Source of the DNA: a bacterium
GTDB taxonomy: Bacteria; UBA8248
DNA: 64,000 nt
Reading direction: 5' to 3'
Assembly: GCA_963692865.2 (NCBI GenBank)
Contig: OY843592.1
Coordinates: 416,001 to 480,000 of the forward strand
The notes under the pieces: model-generated
The model's database searches: none
Told to the model about the DNA's origin: nothing
The model's input: only the letters and a program-made list of their open reading frames with translations
Program-made: the position numbers and the translations under genes
In this document: positions 47,380 through 57,752 of the stretch, in pieces
Numbering within the stretch: position 1 is the first letter of the stretch
How the letters are laid out: each line of letters starts with the position of its first letter

Positions 47380-49194
47380 CTAAAATTGGCCTTCCACGAA
47401 CTTCCGTCGAAGGCGGTTTCGAACCATGATGGCGAAAGCGTTCATCAGTGCGATGATCGTAATCAGAAGAAGCGTCGTGACGAAAACCATCGGTTTTCCG
47501 GCCTCTGAGTTCCGCGACTGGAATCCCACGTCGTAGATGTGGAAGCCCAGGTGCATGAAGCTTCTCTCCGGGTGCAGGAACGGGAAGAAGGTGTCGAAGG
47601 GAAGCTCTGGCGCGAGCTTCACCACGCCCACGAGCATGAGCGGCGCCACTTCGCCCGCGCCGCGCGCCATCGCCAGGATGAGGCCCGTCATGATGCCCGG
47701 CATGGCCTGGGGCATGACGATATTGCGAATCGTCTGCCATTTCGAGGCGCCGCAGGCGAGAGAACCCTCCCGCATGGAGCGGGGAACGGCGGCGAGCGCC
47801 TCCTCGGTCGCCACGATCACCACCGGAACCGTGAGGAGCGCGAGCGTCAGGGACGCCCACAGTAGGCCGCCCGTGCCGAACGTCGGGTTGGGGAGTCTTT
47901 CGGGATAGAACAACTGGTCGATCCTCACCCCGATGGTGTAGGCGAAGAACCCGAGGCCGAATACGCCGTAGACGATGGAGGGCACGCCCGCGAGGTTGTT
48001 CACGCAGATGCGCACGATGGAGACCAGAGTCCCCTGCTTGGCGTATTCACGCAGATAAAGCGCCGTGACCACACCGAACGGGGCGACGAAGACGACCATG
48101 AGCAGCGTCATCATGACGGTGCCGAAAATCGCAGGCAAGACGCCGCCCTCGGTGTTCGCCTCGCGCGGGTCGTCGGTCAGGAACTCGCCCCACCGCGAGA
48201 AGTAGACGCCTATCTTGCCGAAGAACGAGAGGTTGTTCGCCGGGTAGATGCGGACAATTTCGGAAAGCCGCAGGTTCTTCTCACGGTCTCCGATCTCGCT
48301 GAGGGTGATCTTGTATTTCTCATCCTCTTTGTTGATAGCGGCGATTCTTTTCTTGAGCGCCGCGAATCCGGCCCGCCTCTCCTTCGTGCGGCGCTCGAAC
48401 TCCACCTTCTCGGCGCGATACTCGGCGCTCTTTTTACCGTAGTCCAGTTCGGTGCGCCGCAAGGCGAGCCTGTCTTCTTCGATGTAGTAGTTGATGGCGC
48501 CGATCTCGTCGACCTCGATCTCGCGGACCGCCTCCCTGCGCGCGACCGCCTTGTCGTGAGCCGCGTACAACTCGTCGAGAGATACCTTTTCGCCCGGTAT
48601 CCGGCGGCCATCGAGCGTCAAGGTTTTGATGAAGCCGATGAACGGCCCCCATTCCCTGCGCTCGACGAAGAATATGCCTGGCGGCGTCTCGGTCTTCGTG
48701 ACCTGATGCTCGACGGCCCACTTGAAGTCCTCGTTGTAGACGTCGAAATTTCCGATTCGGTAGAGCGTGCGATGCGCGAATCCATCCGCCTCCTGGATGG
48801 TGCGCCGGGACTCCGGATCAAGTCCTTTCATCTGCTCGGGGGAAGGGCGGAAACTCTCGGAGCGGAACGGCTCACCCGCGATGCGCTGGCCGTTTTTGAG
48901 CGTAACCACTTTCACCGGGCCGGGATAGAACGTCACGATGCCGTTCCAAAGTACGAGCGCGAGGAAACCGATGATCATCAATACGCCCAGAGCGAGCGCC
49001 CCGCCCATGACCCAGACGAAAGGCTCGCCCCTGGCCTTGAAGTCAATCGATGCGCGAAGACCCGTACGGCCGGGCGGGCCCGTCCCTGTCTCGGCGGTCT
49101 GCGCCGCTTCTTTGTGGTTGCCGGAGCCGCTTTCGGGGGCCGGTATTTCCGTTTCTTTCTTCTCGTCTTGCTGTTTCGGATCCTTCGCCTTCAT
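47380..49194 (-). CDS. pstA: Phosphate ABC permease PstA (long form)
   Basis: PREANTEGGV, NLAGVPSIVYG, ARGAGEVAP. Confidence 0.95.
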   Translation of the reverse strand: MKAKDPKQQDEKKETEIPAPESGSGNHKEAAQTAETGTGPPGRTGLRASIDFKARGEPFVWVMGGALALGVLMIIGFLALVLWNGIVTFYPGPVKVVTLKNGQRIAGEPFRSESFRPSPEQMKGLDPESRRTIQEADGFAHRTLYRIGNFDVYNEDFKWAVEHQVTKTETPPGIFFVERREWGPFIGFIKTLTLDGRRIPGEKVSLDELYAAHDKAVARREAVREIEVDEIGAINYYIEEDRLALRRTELDYGKKSAEYRAEKVEFERRTKERRAGFAALKKRIAAINKEDEKYKITLSEIGDREKNLRLSEIVRIYPANNLSFFGKIGVYFSRWGEFLTDDPREANTEGGVLPAIFGTVMMTLLMVVFVAPFGVVTALYLREYAKQGTLVSIVRICVNNLAGVPSIVYGVFGLGFFAYTIGVRIDQLFYPERLPNPTFGTGGLLWASLTLALLTVPVVIVATEEALAAVPRSMREGSLACGASKWQTIRNIVMPQAMPGIMTGLILAMARGAGEVAPLMLVGVVKLAPELPFDTFFPFLHPERSFMHLGFHIYDVGFQSRNSEAGKPMVFVTTLLLITIIALMNAFAIMVRNRLRRKFVEGQF

Positions 49195-49201
49195 CGTGTC
49201 C

Positions 49202-51835
49202 TCACAACTGCGCGGCGCGCTTGCGGAAGCGCAGGCGAACCAACTCGGCGACCGTATTCACGATGAACGTCATCCCGAAAAGAACAAGGGCCGCCAGGAA
49301 GAGCACCCGGTAGAGCGTCCCGTCCTTGACGGCTTCCGGAAGCTCCACGGCGATGTTCGCCGAAAGCGCCCTGAGGCCCGAGAAAATGTTCCAGTCCAGA
49401 ACAGGGGTGTTACCCGCCGCCATGACGACGATCATGGTTTCGCCCACCGCGCGGCCCATACCGATCATCACGGCGGCGAATATTCCACTGGCGGCGGTGG
49501 GCATGATGACCCAAAGGGCCGTTTGCCAGGGTGTTGCGCCGCAGGCGAGACTCGCCGCCCTCAAGTGGCTCGGCACGGAGTTGAGCGCGTCTTCGGCGAT
49601 GGTGTAAATGAGCGGGATGACGGCGAAGCCCATTGCGAAGCCCACGACGAGTGAGTTGCGCTGGACGTATGTGTCGATGACCCCGCCGCGCGCATCGAGG
49701 CCGAGCGCGTTGAGCGCCAAAGCCGTCACCCAGCTGAGCAGCCCGGCGGCGACCAGCATGCCGCCCCAGCGGAGAAGCTCGAAGAGCGCGCCCTGTGAAT
49801 GAGGCATCTGCCTGAGAGTTAGTCTCCACGTATATCCGAAAAACCGCTCCGTCGCGAAAGCGATGACGATAAAGGACACGGGATAGAAAAGGATGAACAG
49901 CATCGGCGTCGCTATCCCGATGTTTCCGTTCGCCCAGGCCTTGAAGTCGCCGCCGAACAAAAGCCTCTCGAACGCCGGCCCGATGATATAGCCGAGCAGC
50001 GCGCCCAGGATGATCACGAAGAACACAATGCCGAGCTTGGGAAATCCCGCAAGGGGCAGTGAGACCCGGGGCGGCATGACCTGCCACAGATAAGCCCCCA
50101 GCAGAAGAAGTAGCGGGATCAGCATAAATGAGAGCAAAACGGCGGCTATCCATGTTTCTACAATGGGCGCCAGTATCAGGGCGGCCACGAAGCCGAGAAC
50201 GACCGAGGGCAGCGAGGCCATCATCTCCATCGCGGGCTTCACGACGGAGCGGACTTCCGGGCCGATGAACTCGGATGTGAAAATAGCGCCCAGCACCGCG
50301 ATGGGTATCGCGAAGATCAGGGAATAGACCGTTCCCTTGATGGTCCCGAATATCAGGGGGATGAGGGAAATCTTCTCCTCGAACGCGTCGTCTCCCGAGG
50401 AGGATTGCCACGTGTACTCGGGTTTGGGATAGCTTTCGTACCAGACCTTGCCGAACAGCGTCTGGAAGGTCGTCTCGGGGTGTTCGGCCGAGAATTTCCA
50501 GAAATTCACCACTCCCTTCCCGTCCGCGGCGACGATGGCGTCATCGCGCGGGGAAAGGCGTATGAAGCGCGCGGAACCCGTCATGTCCTTCATATTGAAG
50601 CGCAACAGCGTCGATTCGCTCGTCGCATGACGAAGCCAGATGTCTCCCCCCGCATCCATCGTGGCGAACATCCGGCTCCGCTGTGAGGTGGAAAAGCCCG
50701 AAACCGCGGCGGCGTGTTTCTGCAAGTCATGCCCGCGCACCATCACCAGCCCGTCTTTGGTGGCGGCGCCCGGCCTGCGCGCCTGGAAAAAGATGCTCAA
50801 CGTCCCCTTGGAGCCTCCCACGACGATCGATTCCTCGCCGATGAGGGCCTTGAACACCGTCAGTTTTTCATCCACCGGCAGCAGGTCGTGCTTCTCCACC
50901 AGGGAGATGGCCTCGAAGTCCCTGGTGTCGTAGCGAAGCATGAAGCCTTTCTCGACGCCGATGTACACCTTGTCGGCCTTTTCCGTGAGGAGTATGTCGA
51001 CGATGCGCGTACCGGGCGGCAAATCGGGCAGAACCACGCTCTCTACGGACGAGGTGGTCTGCCCCGTCAGGAGATTCACCCTGGTCTGCGTGAGGCTCAG
51101 CCGCGCCACGCCTTTTTCGTCCACCGTGGCGAAGGAGATGCTCGGGCGTTCGGGGGTTCCTCCTACCTTGTAGTCGAGCTTCACGATGGGCGTCCCTTCG
51201 GGCGCTACCTGCTGCGGCTCCTTGAGTTCGGCCTCCACCCAGATTTTGCGCACCTGGTCACCGGGAATTTTCGAGAAAACGACCTTCCCGTCGGTCAAGT
51301 CGCGCTCGTCGATCTTCGTGAGTCCCCCGGGCGCCCTTTCGGCGGGCAGCACCTGCGTGCGGAAGACGATCTTGCCGAACCGCACCGTCCCGTCGGGGAA
51401 GCCGAAGGCGACGTTTCCGCCCTTGAGCGTGCGTCCGAAGGCGCTCGCCTTCGCGCCCGCGAAGTCGAGCTTCAAGGGCGCGAGCGATTTACCGGTCGAA
51501 GCGTGGACCGGCGTCAACACGCCGTCTTCCGAAACCAGTACGGCGATGGTGTTGTAGTCATCCACCTCGACGCTGAGGAGAGAACTCCTGGGCGCGGCGA
51601 CCCGGAAGACGCCCGAGCCGGTAATCGTTTCTCCGGCGAACAGCGGCAAGGCCACCGCGACGAGAAACGCCATGATTCCGAGAACGGCCAGAATCACGAA
51701 AAGCCCGCCGATGGTGATCACGTTGGTGGCGATCTTGTCGATGATGCGGACGGATTGCCTGGCGCTCAGGTCGCGCGTCCGGCCCGGCCTGTTCGGTTCG
51801 TTATTCTTTTCGTCTGAAACCCGGCTTTCGCTCAT
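49202..51835 (-). CDS. pstC: Phosphate ABC permease PstC (long form with large beta-rich periplasmic domain)
   Basis: KVWYESY..WQSS, ASLPSVVLG, GRAVGETMIV. Confidence 0.93.
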   Translation of the reverse strand: MSESRVSDEKNNEPNRPGRTRDLSARQSVRIIDKIATNVITIGGLFVILAVLGIMAFLVAVALPLFAGETITGSGVFRVAAPRSSLLSVEVDDYNTIAVLVSEDGVLTPVHASTGKSLAPLKLDFAGAKASAFGRTLKGGNVAFGFPDGTVRFGKIVFRTQVLPAERAPGGLTKIDERDLTDGKVVFSKIPGDQVRKIWVEAELKEPQQVAPEGTPIVKLDYKVGGTPERPSISFATVDEKGVARLSLTQTRVNLLTGQTTSSVESVVLPDLPPGTRIVDILLTEKADKVYIGVEKGFMLRYDTRDFEAISLVEKHDLLPVDEKLTVFKALIGEESIVVGGSKGTLSIFFQARRPGAATKDGLVMVRGHDLQKHAAAVSGFSTSQRSRMFATMDAGGDIWLRHATSESTLLRFNMKDMTGSARFIRLSPRDDAIVAADGKGVVNFWKFSAEHPETTFQTLFGKVWYESYPKPEYTWQSSSGDDAFEEKISLIPLIFGTIKGTVYSLIFAIPIAVLGAIFTSEFIGPEVRSVVKPAMEMMASLPSVVLGFVAALILAPIVETWIAAVLLSFMLIPLLLLLGAYLWQVMPPRVSLPLAGFPKLGIVFFVIILGALLGYIIGPAFERLLFGGDFKAWANGNIGIATPMLFILFYPVSFIVIAFATERFFGYTWRLTLRQMPHSQGALFELLRWGGMLVAAGLLSWVTALALNALGLDARGGVIDTYVQRNSLVVGFAMGFAVIPLIYTIAEDALNSVPSHLRAASLACGATPWQTALWVIMPTAASGIFAAVMIGMGRAVGETMIVVMAAGNTPVLDWNIFSGLRALSANIAVELPEAVKDGTLYRVLFLAALVLFGMTFIVNTVAELVRLRFRKRAAQL

Positions 51836-51913
51836 ATCTCTCGTCTTCAAAAAGGAAAGCGGGGGGACGGCGAACCCGCTCCGCCGTCCCCGCCGCTGCG
51901 CTGCACCGGAAAA

Positions 51914-52915
51914 CTAGTTGCTGCCCAACGCGAGGCCGAGAGCGCCGAGGTCCTGCTTGGCGATGACCGCGTTCACGGGGAAAAACCCGGCCTTGATGAC
52001 GGCCTTCTGACCTTCCTTCGAGAAGATGTACTTGACGAACTGGGCCCTCAGGGGGTCGAGCGCCTGGTTCGGGTTCTTGTTGACGTAGATGTAGAGGAAA
52101 CGCGCGATCGGGTAGTTGCCCGAATAGGCGTTCTTCGCTTCGGGGCCGTAGCATTTCTGGCCTGTCTTATTGGACACCGGAAGCGCGATGACGTCCGCAG
52201 TCTTATATCCGATGCCCGAGTAGCCGAGGGCGAACTTGTCGGAAGCCACGCCCTGCACCACCGCCGAGGAACCGGGCTGCTCTTTGACGGAGTCCTTGTA
52301 GTCACCCTTGTAGAGGGCCACTTTCTTGAAATATCCATAGGTGCCCGAAGCCGAGTTGCGGCCATACACGGAAATCGGCTTGCTCGCCCACATGCCTTTT
52401 AGACCAACCTGGCCCCACGTGGCCAAGTCGGACTTCATGCCGCCCTTGCGGGTTTTCGAAAAAATGGCGTCGACCTGCGGGAGGCTCAGGCACTTGAGGG
52501 GATTGTCCTTGTTCGTGAAGACGGCCAGGGCGTCCACGGCGACGCGGATGCGGCCGGGCTTGTAGCCGAACTTCTTCTCGAATGCGTCCATTTCTTTCGA
52601 CTTCATGGCGCGCGACATCGGGCCGAAGTTCGAGGTGCCGGCGATGAGCGCCGGAGGAGCCGTGGAGGAGCCTTTGCCCTCGATCTCGATCTTCACGTCC
52701 GGGTAGGAGCGCCTGAAGCCTTCGGCCCAGAGCGTCATGAGGTTGTTCAGCGTATCCGAGCCGACGGACTTCACGTTGCCGGAAACGCCGCTGGTCGCCT
52801 TGTAGGAGGGCAATTTCTCGTCCACCATCAGGGCCGCGCCGGCGGGCTGCGCTGCGAGCGCGAGGCCAAAAGCAGCGACAACGGCCAAGCCGCAAATCTC
52901 GGAAAACCTGCTCAT
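51914..52915 (-). CDS. pstS: Phosphate-binding protein
   Basis: GSDTL, GSSTA, GRNSASGT, YPIARFLY. Confidence 0.96.
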   Translation of the reverse strand: MSRFSEICGLAVVAAFGLALAAQPAGAALMVDEKLPSYKATSGVSGNVKSVGSDTLNNLMTLWAEGFRRSYPDVKIEIEGKGSSTAPPALIAGTSNFGPMSRAMKSKEMDAFEKKFGYKPGRIRVAVDALAVFTNKDNPLKCLSLPQVDAIFSKTRKGGMKSDLATWGQVGLKGMWASKPISVYGRNSASGTYGYFKKVALYKGDYKDSVKEQPGSSAVVQGVASDKFALGYSGIGYKTADVIALPVSNKTGQKCYGPEAKNAYSGNYPIARFLYIYVNKNPNQALDPLRAQFVKYIFSKEGQKAVIKAGFFPVNAVIAKQDLGALGLALGSN

Positions 52916-52967
52916 TCTTGCTTCCTTTTTGGGGCGGTTTGAAACTACAGGAAAAGTTGAAGGACTT

Positions 52968-52995
52968 TGTTATATTCCGGTGACAAAACGGTGAA
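52968..52995 (-). promoter_or_regulatory. Pho box (proximal)
   Basis: Minus TTCAC-N6-GTCAC-N6-ATAAC, 11-bp period, upstream of pstS. Confidence 0.7.
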
Positions 52996-53197
52996 CATAC
53001 CGAGACACGGCCGTTCTCCACCTGATGTCGGGCGAATCTTTACCTTCTCCGCATTCTCCATGGACTGCCTGCATCTGCGCCCGGCGCATCTCGTCGCCTT
53101 TTCAGGAGGCTGCGCTTCGGTAACCGTGAGTGGAAACACCCCATCCCGCGACCGCTCTCCGAACGAGGTGGAATATAGGAAAAAAAGGAGCCGGAAA

Positions 53198-53225
53198 TGT
53201 TACAAAAGGATGACAATCACATGAC
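53198..53225 (-). promoter_or_regulatory. Pho box (distal)
   Basis: Minus GTCAT-N6-GTCAT-N6-GTAAC. Confidence 0.75.
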
Positions 53226-53338
53226 TTTTTGGACAATTCCAGGCGTCAAAATATCGTCTTTCCATGACCCGTTGAAAAGACGTAAGGCGCAGAATCGCTC
53301 CCGATGCATCGGACATGAACAAAGAAACCCGACAAGAG

Positions 53339-53733
53339 GGGGTTGTTGAAAAAGCCTCCCCTGATGAGGGAGAGAGAACAAAGCCCCCTGACAAGGGGGG
53401 TAAATGCGATGCCACCTGCAATCCCTCCCGCATGGGTCGAGGCCATCCACACAGCCGTCATTCCGGCGAATGCCGGAATCCAGAACAGGGGAGAGAGAAG
53501 ATGCGGTGGTGTTTCATTTCCATTGCCTGAATATCGGATTCGACAGCAAATACCGGAAGGCAAAAACCCTGGATTCCGGCATGCGCCGGAATGACGATCA
53601 AAGCCGAACCGCCTCTTGTAGTGACAGCCCCTCCTCGGGGCTGTCCCACAGGTCGCGACCTTTCCCTACAGGCGCCTCTTCCCGGTTGGTTCTATGCGCC
53701 AAATCATGAAATCAGGATTTTTCCGACAACCCC
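53339..53733. mobile_element. MITE/REP composite between phoR and pstS
   Basis: GGGGTTGTTGAAAAA .. TTTTTCCGACAACCCC with nested GTCATTCCGGC pair. Confidence 0.65.
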
Positions 53734-53753
53734 AGGAAGGGGTGTTTGACCCC

Positions 53754-55529
53754 TCAGGGCGTGGGAACGGTGAAGCGGAAGGTGGAGCCCCGGCCGGGCG
53801 CGCTCTCGACCCAGACGTCTCCGCCCATTTCCTGAACGAGGTGCTTGACGATGGAAAGCCCCAGGCCCGTGCCCCCGTTCTCCCGGGACCGGGCCGAATC
53901 CACCCGGTAGAAGCGCTCGAATATCCGGGGAATGTGCTCGGGGGGGATTCCCTCCCCCCTGTCGGCCACCGAAACCTCGACGAAGCCGTCTTCGCGCAAA
54001 CGCCCCGAAACGGTGATCTCGCTTCCCTCGGAACTGTGGTTCACCCCGTTTTCGGCCAGATTGATGAGAATTCTCTCCAGCGCCGCCGGGTCCGCCCGGA
54101 CGTGGTCGGCTTCTTCGGGAATTTCCATATCCAGGCGAACACCCCTTTTTTCGACGGCCGGCGCCAGCGTGTGCGCGACCGAGTCCATCGCGTTTCGCAT
54201 GGAAACCTCTTCTGGCCGGACATGCTCTTGCTTGGATTCTATCCTGCCCAACTCGAGAAGGTCCTCCACCAGCGCCGAGAGGCGCCGCGCGTGCCGGTTG
54301 ATGGTCGAGGCGAACCGGCGCGTCGCCTCGGGGTCGGAGCCAGTCGTCACCTCAAGGGTCTGGGAGGCCCACTGTATGGCCGTCAGGGGCGTGCGCAACT
54401 CGTGGGAGACGTTGGCGGTGAACTCCCGCCGCATTCCCGCGAGCCGCTTGACCTCGGAGACGTCGTGAAACACCAGAACGAGGTTCGACTCCCCCTCCGC
54501 CCTCGCGCGCTCGGCGTGCAGGGTCAGCGTACGCGCGGGGAGTACCTCCACCTCGCGCTCCAATCGTGCGGCCGGGCGCGTCAGCATATCACGCACCGCT
54601 TCCTGCACCTCGGTGGAGCGCACGGCTTCCAAAGGAATCGGCGCGCCGTCCTCGAATTCGGGCAGAGAGGGAAAGAACTCCCGGAACGCGGAGTTCACGA
54701 GAAGGATGTCTCCCGCAGCGTTCGTGACCATGACGCCCTCGGCCATTCCCTCGAGAATCGCCTCGAGCCTGTCGCGCTCGTTGCGCAACTCGTCGAGATG
54801 GGCCTCCACTTCCGAAGCGAGCACGTCCATCGTTCTGGCGAGTTCGCCCAACTCGTCCTGACGCCTCGAAGCGATGCGGTGGCTGAAATCGCCGCGGGAA
54901 ATCTTCGCGACCGCCTCATAGATTTCATCGAACCCCCGGCGCACGATCACGCCCGCCCCGAAGCTGACCGCGATAGCGAGCAAGAACGCCAAGGCGCAGG
55001 TCACGAGGAGAAGGCCCCGCATCTTGCCGATCGTCTGCTCGATTTCCCTCAAGCTCATGGCCAGGCGAATCACGCCGCCCGAAAACGGGCCGGCGTCAAT
55101 CGGCAGGGCCAGATAGAGCAGGGCTCCGTCCCCCCTCGAACTCTCCCGAACGCTCGAGCCGATCCCCTTTTCTCTCGCCGCGACGACCTCGGGCCGCTCG
55201 GCCCGGCTACCCAGGTCCGCGGCTGCGCCCGGAGCGACGCCCGAATCCGCGAGCAAGCGCCCCGAGGCGGATATGACCGTCACGCGCACGCCGAGCGCGC
55301 GGCCGATTTCATCGGCGAGTTCATCCATTCGATGACTTCGCCGGCTCTCCGAGACCGAGGAAACCAACTGGCGGCGCGCGAGGCGCGCGTTGCGGGCCAG
55401 GTTCTCCTCCGCCTGTTCCATCAACTGGGCGGAGAGACCGAAATGGAGATAGATCATCCCCGCCGTGAACACCACGGTGATGACCACCAGATAGCTCGCC
55501 GTAAGCTTCTTGTAGAACGACCTTCGCAT
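53754..55529 (-). CDS. phoR: Sensor histidine kinase PhoR
   Basis: HAMP, PAS, ANVSHELRTPL, FERFYRVD..GGTGLGL. Confidence 0.93.
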   Translation of the reverse strand: MRRSFYKKLTASYLVVITVVFTAGMIYLHFGLSAQLMEQAEENLARNARLARRQLVSSVSESRRSHRMDELADEIGRALGVRVTVISASGRLLADSGVAPGAAADLGSRAERPEVVAAREKGIGSSVRESSRGDGALLYLALPIDAGPFSGGVIRLAMSLREIEQTIGKMRGLLLVTCALAFLLAIAVSFGAGVIVRRGFDEIYEAVAKISRGDFSHRIASRRQDELGELARTMDVLASEVEAHLDELRNERDRLEAILEGMAEGVMVTNAAGDILLVNSAFREFFPSLPEFEDGAPIPLEAVRSTEVQEAVRDMLTRPAARLEREVEVLPARTLTLHAERARAEGESNLVLVFHDVSEVKRLAGMRREFTANVSHELRTPLTAIQWASQTLEVTTGSDPEATRRFASTINRHARRLSALVEDLLELGRIESKQEHVRPEEVSMRNAMDSVAHTLAPAVEKRGVRLDMEIPEEADHVRADPAALERILINLAENGVNHSSEGSEITVSGRLREDGFVEVSVADRGEGIPPEHIPRIFERFYRVDSARSRENGGTGLGLSIVKHLVQEMGGDVWVESAPGRGSTFRFTVPTP

Positions 55530-55559
55530 ATGCGGGTTTCCCCCGGGCGTCGGGGAGAA

Positions 55560-56252
55560 TCACTCTTCGGGCATTTTCCGGAACCGGTACCCCACGCCCC
55601 GAAGCGTCTGGATCATCTCCCCCGCCGGGCCGAGCTTCTCCCGGAGGCGGCGGATGTACGTGTCCACGGTGCGGGGGGTGACGAATTTGTCTTCTCCCCA
55701 GATAATGTCGAGCAACTCGTCACGATTCCGGGCATGCCCCGGGTGAGCCGCCAAATGGTGCAGAAGGCGGAATTCCGTCGCCGTCAAGGATAGCTGGCGC
55801 CCATCCACCGCCGCTTCGTGCTGCTCGGGGTCGATGGCGAGCGGCCCGCGCCGGAGCGCCTTGTTCCCGACCGGCGTTGTGCTCGAACGCGCGAGCACCG
55901 CTCTCACCCGCAGGACCGTCTCCCGGATGTTGAAGGGTTTCGTCACGTAGTCGTCCGCGCCCAACTCGAAACCGACGATGCGATCCACCTCCTCGCCCTT
56001 GGCGGTCAGCATGATGACGGGCAGCCGGCTCAAATTGGAATCGCGGCGTATGTAGCGGCAAATCTCGAGGCCGGAAACATCGGGAAGCATCAGATCGAGA
56101 ACGACCAGTTGGACCGGCTCGCTCCTGAGCGCGCGAAGGGCTTCCTCTCCGTTGGCCGCGCCCACGACCTCGAATCCTTCCAACTCGAGGTTGTAGGTGA
56201 GGAGTTCTCGAATATCGGTCTCGTCTTCGATGATGAGAACCTTTTGCGCCAA
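55560..56252 (-). CDS. phoB: Response regulator PhoB/PhoP
   Basis: LDLMLP, GADDYVTKPF, winged-helix RTVD..IRRLR; genomic context. Confidence 0.9.
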   Translation of the reverse strand: MAQKVLIIEDETDIRELLTYNLELEGFEVVGAANGEEALRALRSEPVQLVVLDLMLPDVSGLEICRYIRRDSNLSRLPVIMLTAKGEEVDRIVGFELGADDYVTKPFNIRETVLRVRAVLARSSTTPVGNKALRRGPLAIDPEQHEAAVDGRQLSLTATEFRLLHHLAAHPGHARNRDELLDIIWGEDKFVTPRTVDTYIRRLREKLGPAGEMIQTLRGVGYRFRKMPEE

Positions 56253-56504
56253 TGCCGTCCCTGCCGTTATTCCGGGCGTCCGCTCCGTTTGAACGACGCC
56301 TCCGCCGAGAATTCATCTCCAGGCAAATGTAGCATACGAGCAAACAGGAATCATCGCGCGCTCCGCCGCCCGGCTTTGAGAGTCAGGGTTGAAAAAAATA
56401 ATAAACCCGCGCATAATTTACGCATAGAGCAAAACTTCTGCCGCATCGTCTAATTTGTTCGGGATGATGTACGTTATCCATTCGATTTGAAGGGGATAAT
56501 CGCG

Positions 56505-57578
56505 GTGGCTTCCATTTCGCTTCAAAACCTGGTCAAAAAATTCGGTGAAACCGTCACAGCGGTCGCGGGCGTCGACCTCGATGTGAGCGACGGCGAGTTC
56601 ATGGTGGTGGTCGGGCCTTCGGGCTGCGGAAAAACGACCACGCTCAACATGATCTCCGGTTTCGAGGAACCCACGAGCGGCACGATGACGATCGGCGACC
56701 GCGTGGTGAACCACCTCGAACCCGGCGACCGCGGCCTGGGAATGGTGTTCCAGGACCTCGCCCTGTTCCCCCACATGACCGTCTTCGAGAACATCGCTTT
56801 CGGTTTGCGGGTGGACAAGACGCCCAACGCGGATGTCAAGGAGCGGGTCTCGAAAGTCGCCAAGACCATGAAGATATCCCACCTCCTCACCAAGAAACCC
56901 GCCCAGTGCTCGGGCGGCGAGGCGCAGCGGGTGGCTCTCGCGCGAACGATTATCACGGAACCGCAAGTCCTGCTCATGGACGAGCCGCTCTCCAGCCTGG
57001 ACGCCAAGCTGCGCATCGAGATGCGCACCGAACTCAAGCGCCTCCACGAGGAGCTCAAATCCACCTTCGTCTACGTCACCCACGATCAGGCGGAAGCCAT
57101 GACGATGGCGGATCGAATCATGGTCATGGACCGCGGATACGTTCAGCAGATCGACACCCCTCTCGGCATATACAGAAAACCGACGAACCAGTTCGTCGGC
57201 ACGTTCTTCGGCCAGCCGACGATGAACATCATTCCGGGGCGCGTCGAGAACGGAAGTTCGCCCAGGTTCGTCTCCGAGCACTTCGAGATGAGTTTCGCGC
57301 CGGACTCCGTGCCCGGCTCCGCCATAGGGAAAGAGATCAACCTCGGGGTGCGCTCCGAGAACGTGGCCATAGGAGAGGAAGAAGCGTCGGGCGAGGTGAG
57401 GCTAATCGAACCGCTGGGAGACGAAACGCTGGTGTTCTTCTCCTGCGGCAATGAGGAATTTTTGGTGGCCAAAGTCGACGCCGAGCGCGAGTTCAGCTCC
57501 GGCGATAATATCCGATTCGGTTTTCAACCGGGCGGCATGCATTTTTTCGACGCGGAAAGCGGGGTGCGGCTGGAATAA
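56505..57578 (+). CDS. CUT1 (MalK/UgpC-like) ABC ATPase
   Basis: GPSGCGKTT, SGGEAQR, DEPLSSLDAKLR, TOBE domain. Confidence 0.93.
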   Translation: MASISLQNLVKKFGETVTAVAGVDLDVSDGEFMVVVGPSGCGKTTTLNMISGFEEPTSGTMTIGDRVVNHLEPGDRGLGMVFQDLALFPHMTVFENIAFGLRVDKTPNADVKERVSKVAKTMKISHLLTKKPAQCSGGEAQRVALARTIITEPQVLLMDEPLSSLDAKLRIEMRTELKRLHEELKSTFVYVTHDQAEAMTMADRIMVMDRGYVQQIDTPLGIYRKPTNQFVGTFFGQPTMNIIPGRVENGSSPRFVSEHFEMSFAPDSVPGSAIGKEINLGVRSENVAIGEEEASGEVRLIEPLGDETLVFFSCGNEEFLVAKVDAEREFSSGDNIRFGFQPGGMHFFDAESGVRLE

Positions 57579-57752
57579 TGCCCGCGACGCGACAGGAGGC
57601 GCGAAAAACAAGAACCTCGAAGATACGGCATCATATGGAAGCTGCAATGTTGATGGAGATGGAAACAGCTTGATCTCGGAGTTTTATGTTCGACCTCGGC
57701 GATTCGGAAACAAGGCATCGCCTTTCCAAACACGCAGGGAGGAGGAATCGAG

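Noticed and set aside
49202-51835. Unusually long PstC/PstA as a novelty
   Set aside because: Long-form PstCA with periplasmic insertions is already known in other bacteria.
53694-55793. 699-aa plus ORF and similar long antisense ORFs
   Set aside because: High-GC shadows of phoR/phoB and other well-supported genes.
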